DNA of 64,000 nt from assembly GCA_910585445.1 (NCBI GenBank), contig CAJUEK010000007.1, positions 1,596 to 65,595 on the forward strand. The letters run 5' to 3'. Source of the DNA: an uncultured Bacteroidales bacterium (GTDB lineage: Bacteria > Bacteroidota > Bacteroidia > Bacteroidales > UBA932). Positions 17,766-27,389 of the stretch are shown piece after piece. The notes under the pieces were generated by a model, which was given only the letters and a program-made list of their open reading frames with translations, had not been told where the DNA came from and ran no database searches. The translations under genes and the position numbers were made by a program. Each line of letters begins with the position of its first letter. The stretch's first letter is position 1.

Positions 17766-18472
17766 GTTCCCAACGGGACATACTTTTGCATGTTGGGAAC
17801 CGAATATTTCAGCACATCACTGATTTGCTGAACATTAACAAAGACTAAAGTTCCAAACAGGACAATTCACCGCACGTTGGGAACCAGCAAACAAGATACA
17901 TCACTGAATATCAATATATTAGCAAAATGGCAGGTTCCAAACGGGACATACTTTTGCATGTTGGGAACCTAACATTTAAGTATATCACTGATTTGCAGGA
18001 TATTAACAAAGACTAAAGTTCCAAACAGGACAACTTGCCGCACATCGGGAACCAGCAAACGACATATAGCAATGAATGTCAACACATTAGCAAAAGTATA
18101 GGTTCCGAACAGGACGTATTTTTGCATGTTGGGAACCGAGCATTTCAGCATATCACTGATTTGCAAAACATTAACAAAGACTGGAGTTCCAAACAGGACA
18201 ACTCATCGCACATTGGGAACAGCAAAAAGACATACATCACTGAATGTCAATATATTAGCAAAACAGCAGGTTCCAAACGGGACATGCTTTTGCATGTTGG
18301 GAACCGAACATTTCAGCATATCACTGATTTGCAGAACATTAACAAAGACTGGAGTTCCCAACGGGACAATTTGCCGCACATCGGGAACCGCAAAAAGACA
18401 TACATCACTGAACGTCAGCATCTTAGCAAAACAGCAGGTTCCAAACGGGACATATTTTTGCACGTTGGGAAC
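17766..18472. repeat. Array of nine 35-bp imperfect palindromes at an exact 84-bp period (168-bp A/B higher-order unit)
   Basis: GTTCC starts at 17766, 17850, 17934, 18018, 18102, 18186, 18270, 18354 and 18438; each ends GGGAAC; 49-bp linkers alternate between two types. Confidence 0.95.
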
Positions 18473-18525
18473 CTTATTAAAGCAGAAAGGACGTGGATTT
18501 TGCCAAACCTGCACTTCAAAACAAG

Positions 18526-18557
18526 AGGGGCCGAATAAAAAGCCCCTTTTTCTTGTT
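18526..18557 (+). terminator. Terminator-like hairpin right of the array
   Basis: AGGGGC...GCCCCT followed by TTTTCTTGTT. Confidence 0.55.
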
Positions 18558-18570
18558 GTTCGGCGAGGTC

Positions 18571-18609
18571 AAAATCAAACTTGAAAATCAAACTTGAAAA
18601 TCAAACTTG
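18571..18609. repeat. 13-bp tandem repeat x3 (AAAATCAAACTTG)
   Basis: Three perfect copies read directly. Confidence 0.9.
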
Positions 18610-18713
18610 TTTCCAAATATTCAATTCTTCAAAACAAACACCCCCGAAAGTCAAATAAAAACTTTCTGGGGTGATTGTAAAAATATCAGTCAGGCCATCA
18701 AAGGCCTGATGCG

Positions 18714-20264
18714 TCAGTGCTTGAAGTGGCGCTCTCCGGTGAAGAGCATCACTATGCCGCATTCGTCCGCTTTCTTGATTGAATCCGCATCACGGACGCT
18801 TCCGCCTGGCTGCGCTATGGCCTTTACGCCATACGAATCTGCCAAAGTGACGCAGTCGTCAAACGGGAAGAATGCATCCGAACCCATCACAAGGCCTATC
18901 TCGCGCACATCAAGGCCGCGCTCACGGCATGTTGCCTCAGCCTGCTTCAGGGCAATCTCCGCTGAGCCGATCCGGTTCATCTGGCCAGCCCCGACTCCCA
19001 ATGTCACACCATCCTTCACGACCACAATTGCATTCGACTTGATGTGCTTCACTATGCGCCATGCGAAATTCAGGTCTGACATGCATCCCTCACAAGGCTT
19101 GGCGGCAGTTACACACATCTCCGGAGTCACCTCTACGGTATCAATGTCCTGATTCTGCACAAGCAGACCTCCGTTTACGCTCACATACTGCATCCGCGGA
19201 GAATTGTCACGGGTCATGTCAACCTCAAGAAGACGGAGATTCTTCTTGGTGCAGAGAACCTCAAGAGCCTCAGGAGTAAACGAAGGAGCCATGATTATCT
19301 CAAGGAAGATAGGCTTCATCAGCTCCGCCACCTCCTTGTTGACCTCACGGTTCACGGCAACGATTCCGCCGAAGATGCTCACCTTGTCAGCCTCATAAGC
19401 CTTTGTCCAGGCATCCACCACATCAGTCCCCACAGCTGCACCGCAAGGATTCATGTGCTTAAGTCCTACGCAGAACGGAGCATCAAACTCACGCACGATA
19501 TTCAGGGCCGCATTAGCATCCTGGATATTGTTATATGAAAGCTCCTTGCCGTTCAACTGTCTTGCAGATGCAAGCGAGAACGGAACCTTTTCAGCAGATG
19601 CAAAGAACTTTGCGCTCTGGTGCGGATTCTCCCCGTACCTCAGGCTCTGCTTCAGGTCATACTCAAGGAAAAGCTTCTCATTCAATCCCGCTGCAGAACG
19701 CATATAAGAAGCAATCATCATATCATACTCGGCAGTATGGGTATATGCCTCAGCCGAAAGCCTGAGACGTGTCTCCTTAGTAGTGTCACCGAACTCCCTG
19801 ATCTCGCTGATGATAACATCATAGTTCTCAGGACTGCACACGACAGTCACCGCGCTCCAGTTCTTCGCGGCACTGCGGAGCATGGAAGGGCCTCCGATGT
19901 CAATGTTCTCAATGGCATCCTCCATAGTCACGCCAGGCTTCGCGATTGTCTGGCGGAACGGATAGAGATTGACGCACACCATGTCGATGAATCCGATTCC
20001 GTTCTCCTTGAGCTGCGAGATATGGCTTTCAAGGTCACGGCGGCCGAGAAGTCCTCCATGCACTTTCGGATGGAGAGTCTTGACGCGGCCGTCACAAATC
20101 TCAGGAAAACCTGTAACCTCGCTGATGTTTATAACATTCAGTCCCGCATCCTGCAGGAGCTTCATAGTGCCTCCGGTAGCGATGATTTCCCATCCCAGAG
20201 CCACAAGCTGACTGGCGAATTCTACCACGCCGGTCTTATCACTTACGCTGAATAATGCACGCAT
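18714..20264 (-). CDS. purH: Bifunctional AICAR transformylase/IMP cyclohydrolase
   Basis: SVSDKTG, GRVKTLHP, LRYGENPHQ, SDAFFPF. Confidence 0.98.
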   Translation of the reverse strand: MRALFSVSDKTGVVEFASQLVALGWEIIATGGTMKLLQDAGLNVINISEVTGFPEICDGRVKTLHPKVHGGLLGRRDLESHISQLKENGIGFIDMVCVNLYPFRQTIAKPGVTMEDAIENIDIGGPSMLRSAAKNWSAVTVVCSPENYDVIISEIREFGDTTKETRLRLSAEAYTHTAEYDMMIASYMRSAAGLNEKLFLEYDLKQSLRYGENPHQSAKFFASAEKVPFSLASARQLNGKELSYNNIQDANAALNIVREFDAPFCVGLKHMNPCGAAVGTDVVDAWTKAYEADKVSIFGGIVAVNREVNKEVAELMKPIFLEIIMAPSFTPEALEVLCTKKNLRLLEVDMTRDNSPRMQYVSVNGGLLVQNQDIDTVEVTPEMCVTAAKPCEGCMSDLNFAWRIVKHIKSNAIVVVKDGVTLGVGAGQMNRIGSAEIALKQAEATCRERGLDVREIGLVMGSDAFFPFDDCVTLADSYGVKAIAQPGGSVRDADSIKKADECGIVMLFTGERHFKH

Positions 20265-20554
20265 GATTTATATTTGTTTGATTAGTTTTCAAAAAAAATC
20301 CGCCCCAAAACGCAACCGGCCTCGGGACACCTCCTTAAAACAAGAAAAGAGGGCTGATTAAAAAGTCTCACGACCGGGCCGAAGGCCCCAAAAACCACAT
20401 ATAGGCCGTGAGCAAATAACAAAATAGCCCGGCGAGCTGTTTGCAACAAGCAGCAGACAATAATTTCCAGGGGTCAAGAGGACCTGTTTTTCAAAGAAAA
20501 ACGACAGAGGGTGACCCAAAAGTAAATTTTTGATCACCCTCCAGCCAAAATCCC

Positions 20555-21580
20555 CTACAGTATAACTACACCAGGAGTGTCAGTGATGCGTCCTATCACA
20601 GACGCCTTCTCGCCATGTGCCTCAAGAATGCCGATGGCTTTTTCCGCCTCAGCCCCGTCAAGAGCCAGAACCATTCCGATACCCATGTTGAAAATGTTGA
20701 ACATCTCACGGTGAGCCACCTTGCCGTATTTTTCGAGAAGACGGAAAATAGGAAGAATCTCCCATGTCCCCTCTTTTACCTCTATACCCATTCCCTCATG
20801 CAGGATACGCGGTATGTTCTCATCGAATCCGCCTCCTGTTATATGAGCTACTCCGTGAACATCACAATTACGTATCACGTCAAGAACCTGCTTTACATAG
20901 ATACGTGTCGGAGTGAGAGCAACCTCGCCGAGCTTCCTGCCGCCAAGTTCCTCATATGAAGCATGAAGATCCAGGGCATTGTCCGAGAAAATCTTGCGCA
21001 CAAGGCTGAACCCATTGGAGTGCACACCGGAAGACGCGATTCCCACAAGCACATCGCCGACCTTCACCTTGCTGCCGTCAATAAGCCTTGACTTCTCAAC
21101 AACTCCGGTAGTATATCCTGCAATGTCATATTCCCCGTCCTGATACATTCCCGGCATCTCGGCAGTCTCGCCTCCCACAAGGGCACATCCGGCCTGGCGG
21201 CATCCTTCAGCCACACCTGCCACGATGGACTCGACCTTGGCCGGCTCGTTCTTGCCGACAGCCACATAATCCAGGAAAAACAACGGCTCCGCACCCTGCG
21301 CAAGCACATCGTTGACACACATTGCGACAGCATCTATTCCGATAGTGTCGTGCTTGTCCATCTCGAAAGCGAGCTTAAGCTTCGTTCCGACACCGTCCGT
21401 GCCGCTCACAAGAACAGGCTCCTTGATATTCAGAGCCGAAAGGTCGAACATGCCTCCGAACGACCCGATATTTCCCATAACCCCGGCACGTGCGGTAGAA
21501 GCAACATGAGACTTGATCCTGCGCACGACCTCGTAACCGGCTTCAAGATTGACGCCGGCCTTTTCATAACTTACTGCCAT
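20555..21580 (-). CDS. purM: AIR synthetase
   Basis: [28 protein letters not shown]; -7 box at 21627-34. Confidence 0.98.
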   Translation of the reverse strand: MAVSYEKAGVNLEAGYEVVRRIKSHVASTARAGVMGNIGSFGGMFDLSALNIKEPVLVSGTDGVGTKLKLAFEMDKHDTIGIDAVAMCVNDVLAQGAEPLFFLDYVAVGKNEPAKVESIVAGVAEGCRQAGCALVGGETAEMPGMYQDGEYDIAGYTTGVVEKSRLIDGSKVKVGDVLVGIASSGVHSNGFSLVRKIFSDNALDLHASYEELGGRKLGEVALTPTRIYVKQVLDVIRNCDVHGVAHITGGGFDENIPRILHEGMGIEVKEGTWEILPIFRLLEKYGKVAHREMFNIFNMGIGMVLALDGAEAEKAIGILEAHGEKASVIGRITDTPGVVIL

Positions 21581-21688
21581 AATGATATATTTGATTTAAT
21601 TTCCATCCCGACCTGAAAATGCGCTGCAAAGATAATCAAATTTTCCTGCAACCCATTCAGGACAAACTGCGAATTTCACGCATTCCCA

Positions 21689-22867
21689 TCATAAATTATC
21701 AAGATATTCAATCAGTTTGTCAACCTGCCTGCTGCGCCTGTACTGCATAATCTTCTCCCAGTTGCGCGGAAGCACCACCCTGTTCTCCCACATGCAAAAG
21801 CACCGCACAATCATCTCCTTTATACCCGGAATATCAGACTCATCCACGGCAAACCCGGCCCCGGTCTCCTCAAGCAGGCCTGCAATCACGTCTGAAGGTT
21901 CGCACAATCCGAGAATCGGCTTATTCGTGGGAAGATAATCAAACAGCTTTCCGGTATAAACCCCTTTCCGGCCTGATGGATGCACAATGACAAGCACATC
22001 AGCCTCAAGCGACATGCGTATCGCCTCGGAATGCTCAACGCCCTTCATCTGAAAAACATTTTCCGCTATATTCCGCGGCACCTTGACCTTGGGAGTGTCT
22101 CCTATTATCTTTATGCGGCTGTCCTTGGGAATCCGTCCCTCGGCAATAAGTTCCGAAAACGCCCTGAACCAATTGTCCGGCTTGATGCCATAATAAAACC
22201 GACCCACATAAGCCATCGTGAACTGCGGCTGAAAACTCACCTCATGAATTTCATCATATTCGTATCCGTTTGTTATCTCAAGGAACCTGTCATGTCCGCA
22301 TATTGCCTTGAAATCATTTATTATAGGCTCCGACACCGACAAGACAAGCTCAGCCTCATCCAATATCCGGCGCTCATATGGCTTCAGGCGCCATACATAC
22401 AACGCAGAATAGAACGGGAAACGTGACATTTCATCACGCATATCCGCAATCCAGCGGAACTTATACCCGTCACGTCGCAGCTGCATGGCGACAAGATGGG
22501 GAGACAGCGGCATATAGGAGCTCAGCACAACATCAAATCCCTTTGAATCAAATAGTTTCCTCGCTTCACGCAAGGCCCTCCTTCTCCAAAAGAAAAGATA
22601 GTCCATTGTGATACGTGACACAATCATATTGATGCCTCTCCTGACAAGCCCACGATACCACCCGAACCGGTCATTCAGAAAAACAGGAACATTCTCAAGG
22701 TAATGTACCTCACACCCCTCCCATGTGGCGACTTCATAACGGTCCCCCAACGTAATCACCGTCACAGAATGCCCAGCCTGTCGCAAATAGCGAGCAAAGG
22801 CATTTATCCTGAAAGATGATATGGCATTACGCGGCCAGAAGCCGTCAGCTATAACAAGAATCTTCAT
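21689..22867 (-). CDS. GT4-like glycosyltransferase
   Basis: MKILVI start; ADMRD, NGYE and GKLFDYL motifs. Confidence 0.85.
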   Translation of the reverse strand: MKILVIADGFWPRNAISSFRINAFARYLRQAGHSVTVITLGDRYEVATWEGCEVHYLENVPVFLNDRFGWYRGLVRRGINMIVSRITMDYLFFWRRRALREARKLFDSKGFDVVLSSYMPLSPHLVAMQLRRDGYKFRWIADMRDEMSRFPFYSALYVWRLKPYERRILDEAELVLSVSEPIINDFKAICGHDRFLEITNGYEYDEIHEVSFQPQFTMAYVGRFYYGIKPDNWFRAFSELIAEGRIPKDSRIKIIGDTPKVKVPRNIAENVFQMKGVEHSEAIRMSLEADVLVIVHPSGRKGVYTGKLFDYLPTNKPILGLCEPSDVIAGLLEETGAGFAVDESDIPGIKEMIVRCFCMWENRVVLPRNWEKIMQYRRSRQVDKLIEYLDNL

Positions 22868-24405
22868 TTGCGGAAATTTTTTCTGAGATAAGACACAACA
22901 GGTGCAGACAATGACGAATAATCCACACCGGACAGGTGCGCCGCCAAAAAGTAAAGCGGCATGAACAAAATAAAGCCAATAGCCACATTTGCCAGATGAT
23001 GCGTCAAGCCTATGACCAAGACGGCAAAAAAGGAACAAGCCCCTGCGGCCAATGCCGCCACAAACATCTTAAGGACATCATTCCACGGCATAATGTCCGC
23101 CAATGACGCGCCAAGCGACCTGACTATCACGCGCATAATTATAATGATGCACATGCATGTAGTAAAAGTGGAGATGAACGCAATGCCTGTAAGCGACGGG
23201 AAATACCTGACGCACAGGGCATCAAGAGAAACCAATGCAACGGCAGTGAAAAGATGTGCCCTGGAAAACTCGCGTCCCTTTCCCAAGGCAAGCATAATCG
23301 CCGAGCCTGGCACTATACGGACAAGGCTTACCAGCGTAACTATCCTGAACAGGTCCGCAGACGCGGCATAGGCATCACCATACATGAAACAGATTATGTC
23401 ATCCGCGAATATGCAGGAAAATACAGACAGGGGCCAGATTATGGCAAGCGACTTGAACACTACCGACTTCCACAAGTCCATGAAACTGGCACTCGGCACA
23501 CCCTCTCGGGACATTTTTGAAAACTTGGGAAGCAGGACGGAAGAAGTAGCACTGAAAATCATACCTGCAAAAGGAAGTTCATGGTAACCGTTTGCAAAAA
23601 CCGCGAAATCCCCTACCCCGAAATATCTGCTCACAAAAAACTGGCTGGCAGAACTTATCACAAACCCATATATGCCAGAGGTAAACACAGGCCACGAGAA
23701 CCTGAAAATATCTTCAAACCCAAGGCCTGAAGCCTTCTGGACGGTACCGCGGAAAGGCAAATAAGACAGCCGCAGGCCCACTGCACAGGTAGCGGCAGAA
23801 GACAGCACAAAGCCGCATACGGCAACTGAGGCTGTAGCCCCGACAAAAACTACGGAAAGAACTGTGCACAGAATAGTGAAACTTCGGCTGATGAATGTAT
23901 AAAGCACAACCTTTTCCGACATGCCATATACGGTAAGGATATTCTCCACACCAAGCACCGGCATAAGCAGCATTGGCGTCACTGAGAAATATCTGAGATT
24001 ATCTTCAAGGAGAGGATTCCCCAACAGCTGTGCAATCCATCCCGCCCCGAAAAAGAGCAGAGCCGAAAAAGCTGATGCCAGGCAGATGAACAGCAGATTA
24101 AGCTTCCTGACAGCCGCCCTCCCTTCAGAAAGAGGCATTCTTGCCAGGAAATAAGAATAAGCCTTGGGCAAGCCAAGCGAGAAAACCATGAGCAGCGTAT
24201 AATAGACATAGATGACCTGGCGGTAAGTGCCGTACTCGGTCTGGTCCAGCAGGCGGCTAAGCACCATCGAGGTAACAATCCCGACACTCATCGACATCAG
24301 GCTCGCCAAGGCCAGCCACAATGCCTGGACAGTAAGGCCTCCTTTGTCCCTCATGTCACTTTTCCCGCCGTGCCCCTCCATAGCATCACAGACTCCAGTA
24401 GCCAA
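22864..24405 (-). CDS. wzx: Wzx-like oligosaccharide flippase (start may be 24354)
   Basis: Multi-TM protein; LSRLL...EYGTY N-terminal pattern. Confidence 0.8.
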   Translation of the reverse strand: MATGVCDAMEGHGGKSDMRDKGGLTVQALWLALASLMSMSVGIVTSMVLSRLLDQTEYGTYRQVIYVYYTLLMVFSLGLPKAYSYFLARMPLSEGRAAVRKLNLLFICLASAFSALLFFGAGWIAQLLGNPLLEDNLRYFSVTPMLLMPVLGVENILTVYGMSEKVVLYTFISRSFTILCTVLSVVFVGATASVAVCGFVLSSAATCAVGLRLSYLPFRGTVQKASGLGFEDIFRFSWPVFTSGIYGFVISSASQFFVSRYFGVGDFAVFANGYHELPFAGMIFSATSSVLLPKFSKMSREGVPSASFMDLWKSVVFKSLAIIWPLSVFSCIFADDIICFMYGDAYAASADLFRIVTLVSLVRIVPGSAIMLALGKGREFSRAHLFTAVALVSLDALCVRYFPSLTGIAFISTFTTCMCIIIIMRVIVRSLGASLADIMPWNDVLKMFVAALAAGACSFFAVLVIGLTHHLANVAIGFILFMPLYFLAAHLSGVDYSSLSAPVVSYLRKNFRK

Positions 24406-25669
24406 GCGACCTTATCTTTCCCCTGTAAAGCCACACCAAATCCGCCAGAAGGGCGTCAGGAGAGGAAACGGAAAGGAACCAGTCCTCATCAAGCGCGGCA
24501 TACCCGTCATGGGCCACGGCCACGATTATTATGTCATATTTTCCGGAAGGCTCACGGACAAGATTTATCCCGTACATGGAAGCGACCTTTTCAGGGTCGG
24601 CATAAGGGTCAACGACATCGGCCGAAGCTACAGTTCCTCCCAGCAGACGGCAGATTTCAGCCGGCACGGAGTTGCGTATGTCATCAATATTCTCCTTATA
24701 AGTGATTCCCATAAGAAGCACACGGGCCTCACGCGGCTCAATTCCCCGCACGGTACATTCCCTCAGCACGGAATTGACTACATGTTCCGCCATGCCCTCG
24801 TTGACAGCGCACCCGGCCTTAAGCACAGGAGTATCCACTCCGAGATTCTCTGCAAGAGATATGACATAGTGCGGATCAACCGGTATGCAATGCCCGCCCA
24901 CGAGACCAGGACGGCACTGGACGAAATTCCATTTGGTTGAGGCAGCCCCGATTACCTCAGCCATGTCTATCCCCATGTTCGAGAACAGGATAGAAAACTC
25001 GTTCATGAGGGCTATATTGATGCTCCTCTGGGCGTTCTCAAGCATTTTCGATGCCTCAGCCACCCTGATTGACGGAGCGTGGTATATGCTGGCTCCCACA
25101 GCAGATGAATAAACCTGCGAAATGCACTTCAAGGCAACTTCATCACATGCGGCGACAACCTTAGGAGTGTTAGCGAAAGCATGCAGCATGTCGTTCGGAT
25201 TGACACGCTCGGGAGAATAGCCAACCTTAAAATCCTCGCCAGCCTTCAATCCGGAGCATTCCTCCAGCACGGGCACACATTCATTTTCGGTGCATCCTGG
25301 CGATACAGTGGATTCATATACCACATAATCCCCCGGCTTAAGATGTCTTGCTACCGTCCGTGTAGCCTCAAGCAGGCAGAAAAGGTCCGGCTTCCTGTCA
25401 TCATCAATAGGAGTAGGCACGGTTATGATATGAAAGCCTGCCCCCCCCAATGCGTTTTCCGAGGATGTGAACCTCACACCGCTTCCCTCATACATTTTCT
25501 CAAGCGAGGCAATCCTGCCGCTGTCAATATCATATCCAGTCACATTGAAATGCCTGGCAAATTCCAATGCGACAGGCAGCCCCACATATCCCAGACCGAC
25601 AACCGCAAGGGACGTTTCCCTGCCCTTCAATCTCTCATATATGTCATTCTCATTCCATTTCATATACAC
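24386..25669 (-). CDS. Nucleotide-sugar (UDP-GlcNAc) 6-dehydrogenase, WbpA/WbpO-like
   Basis: GLGYVGLP, YSPER, GGHCI. Confidence 0.92.
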   Translation of the reverse strand: MYMKWNENDIYERLKGRETSLAVVGLGYVGLPVALEFARHFNVTGYDIDSGRIASLEKMYEGSGVRFTSSENALGGAGFHIITVPTPIDDDRKPDLFCLLEATRTVARHLKPGDYVVYESTVSPGCTENECVPVLEECSGLKAGEDFKVGYSPERVNPNDMLHAFANTPKVVAACDEVALKCISQVYSSAVGASIYHAPSIRVAEASKMLENAQRSINIALMNEFSILFSNMGIDMAEVIGAASTKWNFVQCRPGLVGGHCIPVDPHYVISLAENLGVDTPVLKAGCAVNEGMAEHVVNSVLRECTVRGIEPREARVLLMGITYKENIDDIRNSVPAEICRLLGGTVASADVVDPYADPEKVASMYGINLVREPSGKYDIIIVAVAHDGYAALDEDWFLSVSSPDALLADLVWLYRGKIRSLGYWSL

Positions 25670-26225
25670 CTCCGTCCGTTTTCATATATTTGCGCAGGCA
25701 ATCCCCGCATACCGCCATGCAGTCCTGGCCGAATGACAGTTTCCCGCCGCAGCGGCACATCCACCCGGTCAGCCTTGCCGGAGCGCCAGTGACGACAGCA
25801 TAGTCCGCAACAGGCCTTGTGACCACTGCACCTGCGCCCACAAACGCATATTTTCCTATTTCCACGCCACATACAACAGTGGCATTGGCACCTATAGTGG
25901 CACCTCGTCTGACAACGGTAGTCTCATAACATCCCCGGCGCGATACCGCACTCCTGGGATTCTTCACATTGGTGAATACGCACGAAGGTCCGAGAAACAC
26001 GTCATCCTCGCATATGACACCGCAATACACCGACACATTGTTCTGTATCTTAACATTGTTCCCGAGCCTTACACCCGAAGCCACCATCACGTTCTGCCCC
26101 AGATTGCAAGACTCCCCGAGCACGGCACCTGACATGATATGCGAAAAATGCCAGACATGGCTGCCAGGCCCTATTACTGCCCCTTCATCGACCACTGCCG
26201 TCGGATGTATGAAAACTTCCTCCAT
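25650..26225 (-). CDS. wbpD: WbpD/WlbB-type N-acetyltransferase (hexapeptide repeat)
   Basis: IHPTAVVD, VWHFSHI, KIQNNVSVY, FTNVKNPRS. Confidence 0.88.
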   Translation of the reverse strand: MEEVFIHPTAVVDEGAVIGPGSHVWHFSHIMSGAVLGESCNLGQNVMVASGVRLGNNVKIQNNVSVYCGVICEDDVFLGPSCVFTNVKNPRSAVSRRGCYETTVVRRGATIGANATVVCGVEIGKYAFVGAGAVVTRPVADYAVVTGAPARLTGWMCRCGGKLSFGQDCMAVCGDCLRKYMKTDGGVYEME

Positions 26226-26231
26226 GTTACT

Positions 26232-27374
26232 CTATTTTCCTGTAAAATAACGCCTTATCACCCCGATTATCTCATCCTGCTGCACTTTTGAAAGCTCACT
26301 GTGCATAGGAAGCGACAACACTTCACCGCAAAGCTTCCCGGCATTTTCCATAAGCATATCATATGAGCACAGGTCCCGGTAAGCAGGCTGCCCGTACAAA
26401 GGAGCGGGATAATAAACCATCGAAGGGATGCCCGCTCCAGCAAGCATTTCCTTCAGGCCGCCACGGCACTCTTGCGGCACCTTGAGCGTGTATTGATGCC
26501 ACACATGCGTTCCACCCGGTGACTCAACGGGAAGATGCACCTGCCCAAGATCACGCAATCCTTCAGAATAATACTGCGCGGCCTGCCTTCTGGCGGTTAT
26601 CCAGGACTCCAGATGCGGAAGCTTCGCATTCAGGACTGCTGCCTGCAAAGAATCCAGCCGGGAATTAAGCCCCACATGCTCATGGTGATATTTGATGCTC
26701 TGTCCGTGATTGGCAAGAGAGCGCACCATGGAGGCAAGATGTTCATCGTCCGTAAACACGGCTCCTCCGTCCCCGAAGCACCCGAGCACCTTGGACGGGA
26801 AAAACGAAGTGCATCCCAAATGTCCTATGCTCCCGGCACGGCGCCCGCTCCCGTCAGAAAAACGGCACAGCGCACCAAGAGACTGGGCATTGTCTTCTAT
26901 TACAATCAGGCCATGCCGCTTAGCCACATCCATTATTTTCTCCATGTCACACGGCTGGCCGAAAAGATGGACAGGTACGACAGCCTTTGTACGCGGGGTA
27001 ATCATCCGCTCCATGCTTGATATGTCCAGATTGAAGGTGGATGCATCCACATCGGCAAAGACAGGACGTGCTCCGAGGAGCGCGACAGCCTCAGCCACAG
27101 CAGCAAAGGAGAACGCAGGCATTATCACCTCATCCCCATGCCCTATGCCTGCCGCCATCAGAGAAAGCGTCAAGGCATCTGTCCCGCTTCCGCAGGCAAT
27201 GCAGTGACGCACTCCAAGAAAGCTGCAAAGCCCTGCCTCAAGCTGTTCCACGGCAGGCCCTTTGATAAACGACGAGGACTCGACGACTTCTGCCATGGCC
27301 CGGTCAATCTCATCGCGTATGCCAAGGTACTGGCCGTACAAATCCACCATCTTTATATTCATATCCGTTCTCAT
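26232..27374 (-). CDS. wbpE: DegT-family aminotransferase, WbpE-like
   Basis: GTDAL, IEDNAQS, SFFPSKVLGCFGDGG, NSRLD. Confidence 0.88.
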   Translation of the reverse strand: MRTDMNIKMVDLYGQYLGIRDEIDRAMAEVVESSSFIKGPAVEQLEAGLCSFLGVRHCIACGSGTDALTLSLMAAGIGHGDEVIMPAFSFAAVAEAVALLGARPVFADVDASTFNLDISSMERMITPRTKAVVPVHLFGQPCDMEKIMDVAKRHGLIVIEDNAQSLGALCRFSDGSGRRAGSIGHLGCTSFFPSKVLGCFGDGGAVFTDDEHLASMVRSLANHGQSIKYHHEHVGLNSRLDSLQAAVLNAKLPHLESWITARRQAAQYYSEGLRDLGQVHLPVESPGGTHVWHQYTLKVPQECRGGLKEMLAGAGIPSMVYYPAPLYGQPAYRDLCSYDMLMENAGKLCGEVLSLPMHSELSKVQQDEIIGVIRRYFTGK

Positions 27375-27389
27375 AACAATCAGGGCAGG

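Noticed and set aside
17766..18472. Canonical CRISPR array (35-bp GTT...AAC repeats, constant spacer length)
   Set aside because: Spacers are not unique but alternate between two related families, repeats are more variable than CRISPR repeats, and there are no cas genes in the window
17969..18584. ORFs over the array (18035-18538, 18126-18584, 18203-18514, 17969-18166) as a repeat protein
   Set aside because: Several frames on both strands are open only because 84 is divisible by 3; starts are weak, earlier units contain stops, and conservation follows the DNA palindromes
20265..20554. ZMP/ZTP riboswitch upstream of purH
   Set aside because: Only a partial CGCCGGGC resemblance; the conserved 5' GACTGGCG/GTGG-CCAC elements were not found, and the visible hairpin fits a purM terminator
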